64,000 nt of DNA. It comes from Eledone cirrhosa (lineage: Eukaryota). The translations under genes and the position numbers were made by a program. The stretch lies in assembly GCA_964016885.1 (NCBI GenBank), contig OZ024743.1:246946001-247010000 (forward strand), in the 5' to 3' direction. This document shows, one piece after another, positions 11,271 through 29,200 of this stretch (position 1 is its first letter; every line of letters starts with the position of its first letter). The notes under the pieces were generated by a model. That model had not been told where the DNA came from and searched no databases. It saw only the letters and a program-made list of their open reading frames with translations.

Positions 11271-14200
11271 CTAATATAATCAGAATATATACCCATACAA
11301 GACTGACAGTCTCTCAATATATACCCCTACAACACTGACGGTCTGTCAATATATACCCCTACAACACTGGCTGTCTCTCAATATATACATCTACAACACT
11401 GACAGTCTCTCAATATATACCCCTACATACTGACAGTCTCTCAATATATACCCCTACATACTGACAGTCTCTCAATATATACCCCTACAACACTGAAAAT
11501 CTCTCAATATATACCCCTACAACACTGACAATCTCTCAATATATAACCCTACGACACTGACAGTCCCTCAATATATACCCCTACAACACTGACAGTCACA
11601 CAATATATACCCCTACAACACTGACAGTCTCCCAATATATACCCCTACAACACTGACAGTCACACAATATATAAACCTACAATACTGACAGTCTCTCAAT
11701 ATATACCTCTACAACACTGACAGTCACACAATATATACCCCTACAATACTGACAGTCTGTCAATATATACCCCTGCAACCCTGACAGTCCGTCAATATAT
11801 ACCCCTACACCACTGACAGTCTCTCAATATATACAACACTGACAGTCTCTCAATATATACCCCTACAACACTGACAGTCTCTCAAAATATACCCCTACAA
11901 CACTGACAGTCTCTCAAAATATACCCCTACAACACTGACAGTCTCTCAATATATACAACACTGACAGTCTCTCAATATATACCCCTACAACACTGACAGT
12001 CTCAATATATACCCCTACAACACTGATAGTCTCTCAATATATACCTCTACAACACTGACAGTCTCTCAATATACACCCTACAACACAGACAGTCTCTCAA
12101 TATATACCCCTACAATACTGACAGTCACACAATATATACCCCTACAACAATGACAGTCTCCCAATATATACCCCTACAACACTGACAGTCTCTCAATATA
12201 CACCCTACAACACAGACAGTCTCTCACTATATACTCCTACAAAACTGACAATCTCTCAATATATACCCCTACAGCCCTGACAGTCTCTCAATATATACAA
12301 CACTGACAGTCTCTCAATATATACCCCTACAACACTGACAGTCTCAATATATACCCCTACAACACTGATAGTCTCTCAATATATACCTCTACAACACTGA
12401 CAGTCTCTCAATATACACCCTACAACACAGACAGTCTCTCAATATATACCCCTACAATACTGACAGTCACACAATATATACCCCTACAACAATGACAGTC
12501 TCCCAATATATACCCCTACAACACTGACAGTCTCTCAATATACACCCTACAACACAGACAGTCTCTCACTATATACTCCTACAAAACTGACAATCTCTCA
12601 ATATATACCCCTACAACCCTGAGAGTCTCTCAATATATACCCCTACAACACTGACAGTCACACAATATATACCCTACAACACTGACAGTCTCTCAATATA
12701 TACCCCTACAATACTGGCAGTCTCTCAATATATACCCCTACAACACTGACAGTCACACAATATATACCCTACAACACTGACAGTCTCGCAATATATACCC
12801 CTACAACACTGACAGTCTCTCAATATATACCCCTACAATACTGGCAGTCTCTCAATAAATACCCCTGCAACCATGACAGTCTCTCAATATATACCCTACA
12901 ACACTGACAGTCTCTCAATATATACCCCTACAATACTGGCAGTCTCTCAAAATATACCCTACAACACTGACAGTCTCTCAATATATACCCCTACAACACT
13001 GACAGTCTCTCAATATATACCCCTACAATACTGGCAGTCTCTCAATAAATACCCCTGCAACCCTGACAGTCTCTCAATATATACCCCTACAACACAGTCT
13101 CTCAATATATACCCCTACAACACTGACAGTCACACAATATATACCCTACAACACTGACAGTCTCTCAATATATACCCCTACAACAGACAGTCGCACAATA
13201 TATACCCCTACAACACTGACAGTCTCAATATATACCCCTATGACACTGACAGTCTCTCAATATATACCCCTACAACACAATCTCCCAATGTATACCCCTA
13301 CAACACAGTCTCTCAATATATACCTCTACAACAGACAGTCACACAATATATACACCTACAACACTGACAGTCTCAATATATACCCCTACAACACTGACAG
13401 TCACACAATATATACCCCTACAACACTGACAATCTCTCAATATATACCCCTACAACACTGACAGTCTCTCACTATATACCCCTACAACACTGACAGTCTC
13501 TCAATATATACCCCTACAACACAGTCTGTCAATATATACCCCTACAACACTGACAATCTCTCAATATATACCCCTACAATACTGGTAGTCTCTCAATAAA
13601 TACCCCTGCAACCCTGACAGTCTCTCAATATATACCCCTACAACACAGTCTCTCAATATATACCCCTACAACACTGAAAGTCACACAATATATACCCTAC
13701 AACACTGACAGTCTCTCAATATATACCTCTACAACAGACAGTCACACAATATATACAACTACAACACTGACAGTCTCAATATATACCCCTATGACACTGC
13801 CAGTCTCTCAATATATACCCCTACAATACTGACAGTATCTCAATATATACACCTACAACACTGACAGTCGCTCAATATATACCCATACAACACTGACAGT
13901 CTCTCAATATATACCCCTAGAACACAGTCTCTCAATATACACCCCTACAACACAGACTCTCAATATACACCCCTACAACACTGACAGTCTCTCAATATAT
14001 ACCCCCACAATACTGACAGTATCTCAATATATACTCCTACAACACTGACAGTCGCTCAATATATACCCATAAAACACTGACAGTCTCTCAATATATACCC
14101 CTACAACACTGACAGTCTGTCAATATATACCCCTACAACACTGGCTGTCTCTCAATATATACATCTACAACACTAACAGTCTCTCAATAAATACCCCTAC

Positions 14201-17200
14201 ATACTGACAGTCTCTCAATATATACCCCTACAACACTGAAAATCTCTCAACATATACCCCTAGAACACTGACAATCTCTCAATATATACCCCTACAACAC
14301 TGACAATCTCTCAATATATACCCCTACAACACTGACAGTCCAAATATATACCCCTACAACACTGACAGTCACACAATATATACCCCTACAACACTGACAG
14401 TCCCTCAATATATACCCCTACAACACTGACAGTCCCTCAATATATACCCCTACAAAACTGACAGTCACACAATATATACCCCTACAACACTGACAGTCTC
14501 CCAATATATACCCCTACAACACTGACAGTCACACAATATATAAACCTACAATACCGACAGTCTCTCAATATATACCTCTACAACACTGACAGTCACACAA
14601 TATATACCCCTACAACACAGACAGTCACACAATATATACCCCTACAACACTGACAGTCTGTCAATATATACCCCTACAACACTGACAGTCTGTCAATATA
14701 TACCCCTACAATACTGACAGTCTGTCAATATATACCCCTGCCACCCTGACAGTCCGTCAATATATACCCCTACACCACTGATAGTCTCTCAATATATACA
14801 ACACTGACAGTCTCTCAATATATACCCCTACAACACTGACAGTCTCTCAATATATACCCCTACAACACTGACAGTCTCTCAAAATATACCCCTACAACAC
14901 TGACAGTCTCTCAATATATACAACACTGACAGTCTCTCAATATATACCCCTACAACACTGACAGTCACACAATATATACCCATACAACAGACAGTCCGTC
15001 AATATATACCCCTACAACACTGACGGTCTCAATATATACCCCTACAACACTGACAGTCTCTCATTATATACCTCTACAACACTGACAGTCTCTAAATATA
15101 CACCCTACAACACAGACAGTCTCTCACTATATACTCCTACAACACTGACAATCTCTCAATATATACCCCTACAATACTGGCAGTCTCTCAATATATACCC
15201 CTACAACACTGACAGTCACACAATATATACCCTACAACACTGACAGTCTCTCAATATATACCCCTACAACACTGACAGTCTCTCAATATATAACCCTACA
15301 ATACTGGCAGTCTCTCAATATATACCACTACAACACTGACAGTCACACAATATATACCCTACAATACTGACAGTCTCTCAATATATACCCCTACAACACT
15401 GACAGTCTCTCAATATATACCCCTACAACACTGACAGTCTCTCAATATATACACCTACAACACTGACAGTCTCAATATATACCCCTACAACACTGACAGT
15501 CACACAATATATACCCCTACAACACTGACAATCTCTCAATATATACCCCTACAACACTGACAGTCTCTCACTATATACCCCTACAACACTGACAGTCTCT
15601 CAATATATACCCCTACAACATAGTCTGTCAATATATACCCCTACAACACTGACAATCTCTCAATATATACCCCTACAATACTGGCAGTCTCTCAATAAAT
15701 ACCCCTGCAACCCTGACAGTCTCTCAATATATACCCCTACAACACAGTCTCTCAATATATACCCCTACAACACTGAAAGTCACACAATATATACCCTACA
15801 ACACTGACAGTCTCTCAATATATACCTCTACAACAGACAGTCACACAATATATACAACTACAACACTGACAGTCTCAATATATACCCCTATGACACTGCC
15901 AGTCTCTCAATATATACCCCTACAATACTGACAGTATCTCAATATATACACCTACAACACTGACAGTCGCTCAATATATACCCATACAACACTGACAGTC
16001 TCTCAATATATACCCCTAGAACACAGTCTCTCAATATACACCCCTACAACACAGACTCTCAATATACACCCCTACAACACTGACAGTCTCTCAATATATA
16101 CCCCCACAATACTGACAGTATCTCAATATATACTCCTACAACACTGACAGTCGCTCAATATATACCCATAAAACACTGACAGTCTCTCAATATATACCCC
16201 TACAACACTGACAGTCTGTCAATATATACCCCTACAACACTGGCTGTCTCTCAATATATACATCTACAACACTAACAGTCTCTCAATAAATACCCCTACA
16301 TACTGACAGTCTCTCAATATATACCCCTACAACACTGAAAATCTCTCAACATATACCCCTAGAACACTGACAATCTCTCAATATATACCCCTACAACACT
16401 GACAATCTCTCAATATATACCCCTACAACACTGACAGTCCAAATATATACCCCTACAACACTGACAGTCACACAATATATACCCCTACAACACTGACAGT
16501 CCCTCAATATATACCTCTACAACACTGACAGTCCCTCAATATATACCCCTACAAAACTGACAGTCACACAATATATACCCCTACAACACTGACAGTCTCC
16601 CAATATATACCCCTACAACACTGACAGTCACACAATATATAAACCTACAATACCGACAGTCTCTCAATATATACCTCTACAACACTGACAGTCACACAAT
16701 ATATACCCCTACAACACAGACAGTCACACAATATATACCCCTACAACACTGACAGTCTGTCAATATATACCCCTACAACACTGACAGTCTGTCAATATAT
16801 ACCCCTACAATACTGACAGTCTGTCAATATATACCCCTGCCACCCTGACAGTCCGTCAATATATACCCCTACACCACTGATAGTCTCTCAATATATACAA
16901 CACTGACAGTCTCTCAATATATACCCCTACAACACTGACAGTCTCTCAATATATACCCCTACAACACTGACAGTCTCTCAAAATATACCCCTACAACACT
17001 GACAGTCTCTCAATATATACAACACTGACAGTCTCTCAATATATACCCCTACAACACTGACAGTCACACAATATATACCCATACAACAGACAGTCCGTCA
17101 ATATATACCCCTACAACACTGACGGTCTCAATATATACCCCTACAACACTGACAGTCTCTCATTATATACCTCTACAACACTGACAGTCTCTAAATATAC

Positions 17201-20200
17201 ACCCTACAACACAGACAGTCTCTCACTATATACTCCTACAACACTGACAATCTCTCAATATATACCCCTACAATACTGGCAGTCTCTCAATATATACCCC
17301 TACAACACTGACAGTCACACAATATATACCCTACAACACTGACAGTCTCTCAATATATACCCCTACAACACTGACAGTCTCTCAATATATAACCCTACAA
17401 TACTGGCAGTCTCTCAATATATACCACTACAACACTGACAGTCACACAATATATACCCTACAATACTGACAGTCTCTCAATATATACCCCTACAACACTG
17501 ACAGTCTCTCAATATATACCCCTACAACACTGACAGTCTCTCAATATATACACCTACAACACTGACAGTCTCAATATATACCCCTACAACACTGACAGTC
17601 ACACAATATATACCCCTACAACACTGACAATCTCTCAATATATACCCCTACAACACTGACAGTCTCTCACTATATACCCCTACAACACTGACAGTCTCTC
17701 AATATATACCCCTACAACATAGTCTGTCAATATATACCCCTACAACACTGACAATCTCTCAATATATACCCCTACAATACTGGCAGTCTCTCAATAAATA
17801 CCCCTGCAACCCTGACAGTCTCTCAATATATACCCCTACAACACAGTCTCTCAATATATACCCCTACAACACTGAAAGTCACGCAATATATACCCTACAA
17901 CACTGACAGTCTCTCAATATATACCCCTATGACACTGCCAGTCACTCAATATATACCCCTACAATACTGACAGTCTCTCAATATATACCCCTACAATACT
18001 GACAGTCTCTCAATATATACCCCTACCATACTGACAGTATCTCAATATATACACCTACAACACTGACAGTCGCTCAATATATACCCATACAACACTGACA
18101 GTCTCTCAATATATACCCCTAGAACACAGTCTCTCAATATACACCCCTAAAACACAGTCTCTCAATATACACCCCTACAACACTGACAGTCTCTCAATAT
18201 ATACCCCCACAATACTGACAGTATCTCAATATATACTCCTACAACACTGACAGTCGCTCAATATATACCCATAAAACACTGACAGTCTCTCAATATATAC
18301 CCCTACAACACTGACAGTCTGTCAATATATACCCCTACAACACTGGCTGTCTCTCAATATATACATCTACAACACTAACAGTCTCTCAATATATACCCCT
18401 ACATACTGACAGTCTCTCAATATATACCCCTACATACTGACAGTCTCTCAATATATACCCCTACAACACTGAAAATCTCTCAATATATACCCCTACAACA
18501 CTGACAATCTCTCAATATATACCCCTACAACACTGACAATCTCTCAATATATACCCCTACAACACTGACAGTCTCAATATATACCCCTACAACACTGACA
18601 GTCACACAATATATACCCCTACAACACTGACAGTCCCTCAATATATACCCCTACAACACTGACAGACCCTCAATATATACCCCTACAAAACTGACAGTCA
18701 CACAATATATACCCCTACAACACTGACAGTCTCCCAATATATACCCCTACAACACTGACAGTCACACAACATATAAACCTGCAATACTGACAGTCTCTCA
18801 ATATATACCTCTACAACACTGACAGTCACACAATATATACCCCTACAATACAGACAGTCACACAATATATACCCCTACAACACTGACAGTCTGTCAATAT
18901 ATACCCCTACAACACTGACAGTCACACAATATATACCCCTACAAAACTGACAGTCTGTCAATATATACCCCTACAACACTGACAGTCACACAATATATAC
19001 CCCTACAATACTGACAGTCTGTCAATATATACCCCTGCAACCCTGACAGTCCGTCAATATATACCCCTACACCACTGACAGTCTCTCAATATAGACAACA
19101 CTGACAGTCTCTCAATATATACCCCTACAACACTGACAGTCTCTCAATATATACAACACTGACAGTCTCTCAATATATACCCCTACAACACTGACAGTCA
19201 CACAATATATACCCCTACAAAAGACAGTCTGTCAGTATATACCCCTACAACACTGACGGTCTCAATATATAGCCCTACAACACTGACAGTCTCTCATTAT
19301 ATACCTCTACAACACTGACAGTCTCTCAATATACACCCTACAACACAGACAGTCTCTCAATATATACCCCTACAATACTGACAGTCACACAATATATACC
19401 CCAACAACAATGACAGTCTCCCAATATATACCCCTACAACACTGACAGTCTCTCAATATACACCCTACAACACAGACAGTCTCTCACTATATACTCCTAC
19501 AACACTGACAATCTCTCAATATATACCCCTACAACACTGACAGTCTCTCAATATATAACCCTACAATATTGGCAGTCTCTCAATATATACCCCTACAACA
19601 CTGACAGTCACACAGTATATACCCTACAATACTGACAGTCTATCAATATATACCCCTACAACACTGACAGTCTCTCAATATATACCCCTACAATACTGGC
19701 AGACTCTCAATAAATAGCCCTGCAACCCTGACAGTCTCTCAATATATACCCTACAACACTGACAGTCTCTCAATATATACCCCTACAATACGGGCAGTCT
19801 CTCAATATATACCCTACAACACTGACAGTCTCTCAATATATACCCCTACAATACTGGCAGTCTCTCAATATATACCCCTACAACACTGACAGTCACACAA
19901 TATATACCCTACAACACTGACAGTCTCTCAATATATACCCCTACAACACTGACAGTCTCTCAATATATACCCCTACAATACTGGCAGTCTCTCAATATAT
20001 ACCCCTACAACACTGACAGTCACACAATATATACCCTACAACACTGACAGTCTCTCAATATATGCCCCTACAACACTGACAATCTCTCAATATACACCCT
20101 ACAACACAGACAGTCTCTCAATATATACCCCTGCAATACTGACAGTCACACAATATATACCCCTACAACAATGACAGTCTCCCAATATATACCCCTACAA

Positions 20201-23200
20201 TACAGACAGTCTCTCACTATATACTCCTACAACACTGACAATCTCTCAATATATATCCCTACAATACTGGCAGTCTCTCAATATATACCCCTGCAACCCT
20301 GACAGTCTCTCAATATATACCCCTACAACACTGACAGTCACACAATATATACCCTACAACACTGACAGTCTCTCAATATATACCCCTACAACACTGACAG
20401 TCTCTCAATATATACCACTACAATACTGGCAGTCTCTCAATATATACCCCTACAACACTGACAGTCACACAATATATTACCTACAACACTGACAGTCTCT
20501 CAATATATACCCCCACAATACTGACAGTATCTCAATATATACTCCTACAACACTGACAGTCGCTCAATATATACCCATAAAACACTGACAGTCTCTCAAT
20601 ATATACCCCTACAACACTGACAGTCTGTCAATATATACCCCTACAACACTGGCTGTCTCTCAATATATACATCTACAACACTAACAGTCTCTCAATATAT
20701 ACCCCTACATACTGACAGTCTCTCAATATATACCCCTACATACTGACAGTCTCTCAATATATACCCCTACAACACTGAAAATCTCTCAATATATACCCCT
20801 ACAACACTGACAATCTCTCAATATATACCCCTACAACACTGACAATCTCTCAATATATACCCCTACAACACTGACAGTCTCAATATATACCCCTACAACA
20901 CTGACAGTCACACAATATATACCCCTACAACACTGACAGTCCCTCAATATATACCCCTACAACACTGACAGACCCTCAATATATACCCCTACAAAACTGA
21001 CAGTCACACAATATATACCCCTACAACACTGACAGTCTCCCAATATATACCCCTACAACACTGACAGTCACACAACATATAAACCTGCAATACTGACAGT
21101 CTCTCAATATATACCTCTACAACACTGACAGTCACACAATATATACCCCTACAATACAGACAGTCACACAATATATACCCCTACAACACTGACAGTCTGT
21201 CAATATATACCCCTACAACACTGACAGTCACACAATATATACCCCTACAAAACTGACAGTCTGTCAATATATACCCCTACAACACTGACAGTCACACAAT
21301 ATATACCCCTACAATACTGACAGTCTGTCAATATATACCCCTGCAACCCTGACAGTCCGTCAATATATACCCCTACACCACTGACAGTCTCTCAATATAT
21401 ACAACACTGACAGTCTCTCAATATATACCCCTACAACACTGACAGTCTCTCAATATATACCCCTACAACACTGACAGTCTCTCAATATATACCCCTACAA
21501 CACTGACAGTCTCTCAATATATACAACACTGACAGTCTCTCAATATATACCCCTACAACACTGACAGTCACACAATATATACCCCTACAAAAGACAGTCT
21601 GTCAATATATACCCCTACAACACTGACGGCCTCAATATATAGCCCTACAACACTGACAGTCTCTCATTATATACCTCTACAACACTGACAGTCTCTCAAT
21701 ATACACCCTACAACACAGACAGTCTCTCAATATATACCCCTACAATACTGACAGTCACACAATATATACCCCAACAACAATGACAGTCTCCCAATATATA
21801 CCCCTACAACACTGACAGTCTCTCAATATACACCCTACAACACAGACAGTCTCTCACTATATACTCCTACAACACTGACAATCTCTCAATATATACCCCT
21901 ACAACACTGACAGTCTCTCAATATATAACCCTACAATATTGGCAGTCTCTCAATATTTATCCATACAACACTGACAGTCTCTCAATATATACCCCTACAA
22001 CACTGACAGTCTCTCAATATATACCCATACAACACTGACAATCTCTCAATATACACCCCTACAACACTGACAGCCTCTCAATATATACCCATACAACACT
22101 GACAGTCTCTCAATATATACCCCTACAACACAGTCTCTCGATATACACCCCTACAATACGGGCAGTCTCTCAATATATACCCTACAACACTGACAGTCTC
22201 TCAATATATACCCCTACAATACTGGCAGTCTCTCAATATATACCCCTACAACACTGACAGTCACACAATATATACCCTACAACACTGACAGTCTCTCATT
22301 ATATACCCCTACAACACTGACAGTCTCTCAATATATACCCCTACAATACTGGCAGTCTCTCAATATATACCCCTACAACACTGACAGTCACACAATATAT
22401 ACCCTACAACACTGACAGTCTCTCAATATATACCCCTACAACACTGACAATCTCTCAATATACACCCTACAACACAGACAGTCTCTCAATATATACCCCT
22501 GCAATACTGACAGTCACACAATATATACCCCTACAACAATGACAGTCTCCCAATATATACCCCTACAACACAGACAGTCTCTCACTATATACTCCTACAA
22601 CACTGACAATCTCTCAATATATATCCCTACAATACTGGCAGTCTCTCAATATATACCCCTGCAACCCTGACAGTCTCTCAATATATACCCCTACAACACT
22701 GACAGTCACACAATATATACCCTACAACACTGACAGTCTCTCAATATATACCCCTACAACACTGACAGTCTCTCAATATATACCACTACAATACTGGCAG
22801 TCTCTCAATATATACCCCTACAACACTGACAGTCACACAATATATTACCTACAACACTGACAGTCTCTCAATATATACCTCTACAACAGATAGTCACACA
22901 ATATGTATATATGACAATCTCTCAATATATACCCCTACAACACTGACAGTCTCTCACTATATACCCCTACAACACTGACAGTCTCTCAATATATACCCCT
23001 ACAATACTGGCAGTCTCTCAATAAATACCCCTGCAACCCTGACAGTCTCTCAATATATACCCCTACAACACAGTCTCTCAATATATACACCTACAACACT
23101 GAAAGTCACACAATATATACCCTACAACACTGACAGTCTCTCAATATATACCTCTACAACAGACAGTCACACAATATATACCCTACAACACTGACAGTCT

Positions 23201-26200
23201 CAATATATACCCCTATGACACTGACAGTCTCTCAATATATACCCCTACAATACTGACAGTCTCTCAATATATACACCTACCATACTGACAGTATCTCAAT
23301 ATATACACCTACAACACTGACAGTCGCTCAATATATACCCATACAACACTGACAGTCTCTCAATATATACCCCTACAACACAGTCTCTCAATATACACCC
23401 CTACAACACAGTCTCTCAATATACACCCCTACAACACTGACAGTCTCTCAATATATACCCCCACAATACTGACAGTATCTCAATATATACCCCTACAACA
23501 CAGTCTCTCAATATACAGCCATACAACACTGACAGTCTCTCAATATATACCCCTACAACACTGACAGTCTCTCAATATATACCCATACAACACTGACAGT
23601 CTCTCTCTATATACCCCTTCAACACTCACAGTCTCACAATATATACCCCTACAACACAGTCTCTCAATATATACCCCTAGAACACAGTCTCTCAATATAT
23701 ACGCCTACAACATAGTCTGTCAATATATAGCCTTACAACACTGACAATCTCCCAATATATACGCCTACAACACAGTCTCTCAATATATACCCCTACAACA
23801 CTGACAGTCTCTCAATATATACCCATACAACACTGACAGTCTCTCAATATATACCCCTACAACACAGTCTCTCGATATACACCCCTACAACACTGACAGT
23901 CTCTCAATATACACCCCTACAACACTGACAGTCTCTCAATATATACCCCTACAACACTGACAGTCTCTCAATATTTATCCATACAACACTGACAGTCTCT
24001 CAATATATACCCCTACAACACTGACAGTCTCTCAATATATACCCATACAACACTGACAATCTCTCAATATACACCCCTACAACACTGACAGTCTCTCACT
24101 ATATACCCATACAACACTGACAGTCTCTCAATATATACCTCTACAACACTGACAGTCTCTCAATATATACCCCTACAACACTAACAGTCTCTCAATATAC
24201 ACCCCTACAACACTGACAGTCTCTCAATATATACCCCTACAACACTGACTGTCTCTCAATATATACCCCTACAACACTGACAGTCTCTCAATATATACCC
24301 CTACAACACTGACAGTCTCTCAATATATACCCCTACAACACTGACTGTCTCTCAATATATACCCCTACAACACTGACAGTCTCTCAATATATACCCCTAC
24401 AACACTGACTGTCTCTCAATATATACCCCTACAACACTGACAGTCTCTCAATATATACCCCTACAACACTGACAGTCTCTCAATATATACCCCTACAACA
24501 CTGACAGTCTCTCAATATTTATCCATACAACACTGACAGTCTCTCTATATATACCCCTACAACACTCACAGTCTCACAATATATACCCCTACAACACAGT
24601 CTCTCAATATATACCCCTACAACACAGTCTCTCAATATATACCTCTACAACAGACAGTCACACAATATATACACCTACAACACTGACAGTCTCAACATAT
24701 ACCCCTACAACACTGACAGTCACACCATATATACCCCTACAACACTGACAATCTCTCAATATATACCCCTACAACACTGATAGTCTCTCACTATATACCC
24801 CTACAACACTCACAGTCTCACAATATATACCCCTACAACACAGTCTCTCAATATATACCCCTACAACACAGTCTCTCAATATACACCCCTACAACACAGT
24901 CTCTCAATATATACCCCTACAACACAGTCTCTCAATATACACCCCTACAACACAGTCTCTCAATATACACCCCTACAACACAGTCTCTCAATATATACCC
25001 CTACAACACTGACAGTATCTCAATATACACCCCTACAACACTGACTGTCTCTCACTATATACCCCCACAATACTGACAGTATCTCAATATATACCCATAC
25101 AACACTGACAGTCTCTCAATATATACCCCAACAACACTGACTGTCTCTCAATATATACCCCTACAACACAGTCTCTCAATATACACCCCTACAACACTGA
25201 CAGCCTCTCAATATATACCTTTACAACACAGACAGCCTCTCAATATATACCCTTACTTTCACTGACAGTCTCTCAATATATACCCCTACAACACTGACAG
25301 ACTCTCAATATATACCCATACAACACCGACAGTCTCTCTATATATACCCCTTCAACACTCACAGTCTCACAATATATATCCCTACAACACAGTCTCTCAA
25401 TATATACCCTTACAACACTGACAATCTCCCAATATATACCCCTACAACACAGTCTCTCAATATATACCCCTACAACACTGACAGTCTCTCAATATATACC
25501 CCTACAACACTGACTGTCTCTCAATATATACCCCTACAACACAGTCTCTCAATATACACCCCTACAACACAGTCTCTCAATATATACCCCTACAACACTG
25601 ACAGTCTCTCAATATATACCCCTACAATACTGACAGTCTCTCAATATTTACCCCTACAACACTGACAGTCTCGCAATATATACCCCTACAACACTGACAG
25701 TCTCTCAATATATACCCATACAACACTGACAGTCTCTCAATATATACCCCTACAACACTGACAGTCTCTCAATATATACCCCTACAACACAGTCTCCCAA
25801 TGTATACCCCTACAACACTGACAGTCTCTTCATATATACCCCTACAACACTGACAGTCTCTCAATATCTACCCCTACAACACAGTCTGTCAATATATACC
25901 CCTACAACACTGACAATCTCTCAATATATACCCCTACAATACTGGCAGTCTCTCAATATATACCCCTGCAACCCTGACAGTCTCTCAATATATACCCCTA
26001 CAACACAGTCTCTCAATATATACGCCTACAACACTGACAGTCACACAATATATACCCTACAACACTGACAGTCTCTCAATATATACCCCTACAACACTGA
26101 CAGTCACACAATATATACCCCTACAACACTGACAGTCTCTCAATATATACCTCTACAACAGATAGTCACACAATATATACCCCTACAACACTGACAGTCT

Positions 26201-29200
26201 CAATATATACCCCTATGACACTGACAGTCTCTCAATATATACCCCTACAATACTGACAGTTTCTCAATATATACCCCTACAACACTGACAGTCTCTCAAT
26301 ATATACCTCTACAACAGACAGTCACACAATATATACCCCTACAACACTGACAGTCTCAATATATACCCCTATGACACTGACAGTCTCTCAATATATACAC
26401 CTACAACACTGACAGTCGCTCAATATATACCCCTACAACACAGTTTCTCAATATACACCCCTACAACACAGTCTCTCAATATACACCCCTACAACACTGA
26501 CAGTCTCTAAATATATACCCCTACAATACTGACAGTCTCTCAATATATACCCCTACAACACTGACAATCTCTCAATATATACCCCTACAACACTGACAGT
26601 CACACAATATATACCCCTACAACACTGACAGTCGCTCAATATATACCCATAAAACACTGACATTCTCTCAATATATACCCCTACAACACTGACAGCCTCT
26701 CAATATATACCCCTACAACACTGACAGCCTCTCAATATACACCCCTACAACACTGACAGTCTCTCAATATATACCCCTACAATACTGACAGTATCTCAAT
26801 ATATACCCCTACAACACTGACAGTCACACAATATATACCCCTACAACACTGACAGTCTATCAATATATACCCCTACAACACTGACTGTCTCTCAATATAT
26901 ACCCCTACAACACTGACAGCCTCTCAATATATACCCCTACAACACTGACAGTCTCTCAATATATACCCATACAACACTGACAGTCTCTCTATATATATCC
27001 CTACAACACTCACAGTCTCACAATATATACCCCTACAACACAGTCTCTCAATATATACCCCTACAAAACAGTCTCTCAATATATACCCCTACAACACAGT
27101 CTCTCAATATATACCCCTACAACACAGTCTCTCAATATATACCCCTAGAACACAGTCTCTGAATATATACGCCTACAATACTGACATTCTCTCAATATAT
27201 ACCCCTACAACACTGACAGTCGCTCAATATATACCCCTACAACACAGTCTCTCAATATATACGCCTACAACATAGTCTGTCAATATATACCCCTACAACA
27301 CTGACAGCTTCTCAATATATACCCCTACAACACTGACAGTCTCTGAATATATACCCCTACAACACAGTCTCTCAATATATACCCCTACAACACTGACAAT
27401 CTCCCAATATATACCCCTACAACACAGTCTCTCAATATATACCCCTACAACACTGACAGTCTCACAATATATACCTCTACAACACTGACAGTCTCTCAAT
27501 ATTTATCCATACAACACTCACAGTCTCACAATATATACCCCTACAACAATGACAGTCTCGCAATATACACCCCTACAACACAGACAGTCTCTCAATATAT
27601 ACCTCTACAATACTGACAGTCTCTCAATATATTCCCCTACAACAATGACAGTCTTCCAGTATATACCTCTACAACACTGACAGTCTCTCAATATACACCC
27701 TACAACACTGACACTCTCTCAATATATACCCCTACAACACAGACATTCTCTCAATATATACCCCTTCAATACTGACAGTCACACAATATATACCCTACAA
27801 CACTGACAGTCTCTCAATATATACAAAACTGACAGTCTCTCAATATATACCTCTACAACAGACAGTCACACAATATAAACACCTACAACACAGACAGTCA
27901 CACAATATATACACCTACAACACTGACAGTCACACAATATATACACCTACAACACTGACAGTCACACAATATATACCCCTACAACACTGACAGTCACACA
28001 ATATATTCCCCTACAACACTGACAATCTCTCAATATATACCCCTACAACACTGACAGTCTCTCACTATATACCCCTACAACACTGACAGTCTCTCAATAT
28101 ATACCCCTGCAACACAGTCTGTCAATATATACCCATACAACACTGACAATCTCTCAATATATACCCCTACAATACTGGCAGTCTCTCAATATATACCCCT
28201 ACAACACTGACTGTCTCTCAATATATACCCCTACAACACTGACAGTCTCAATATATACCCCTATGACACTGACAGTCTCTCAATATATACCCCTACAATA
28301 CTGACAGTCTCTTAATATATACCCCTACCATACTGACAGTATCTCAATATATACACCTTCGACAACGACAGTCGCTCAATATAAACCCCTACAACACTGA
28401 CAGTCTCTCAATATATACCCCTACAATACTGACAGTCTCTCAATATATACCCCTACCATACTGACAGTATCTCAATATATACACCTTCGACAATGACAGT
28501 CGCTCAATATATACCCATACAACACTGACAGTCTCAATATATACCCCTACAACACAGTCTCTCAATATATACCCCTACAACACAGTCTCTCAATATACAC
28601 CCCTACAACACAATACCTCAATATACACCCCTACAACACTGACTGTCTCTCAATATATACCCCTACAACACAGACAGCCTCTCAATATATACCCCTACAT
28701 CACTGACAGTCTCTCAATATATACCCATAAAACACAGACAGTCTCTCAATATAAACCCCTACAACACTGACAGTCTCTCAATATATACCCCTACAATACT
28801 GACAGTCTCTCAATATATACCCCTACCATACTGACAGTATCTCAATATATACACCTTCGACAATGACAGTCGCTCAATATATACCCATACAACACTGACA
28901 GTCTCAATATATATCCCTACAACACAGTCTCTCAATATATACCCTTACAACACTGACAATCTCCCAATATATACCCCTACAACACAGTCTCTCAATATAT
29001 ACCCCTACAACACTGACAGTCTCTCAATATATACCCCTACAACACTGACTGTCTCTCAATATATACCCCTACAACACAGTCTCTCAATATACACCCCTAC
29101 AACACAGTCTCTCAATATATACCCCTACAACACTGACAGTCTCTCAATACATACCCCTACAATACTGACAGTCTCTCAATATTTACCCCTACAACACTGA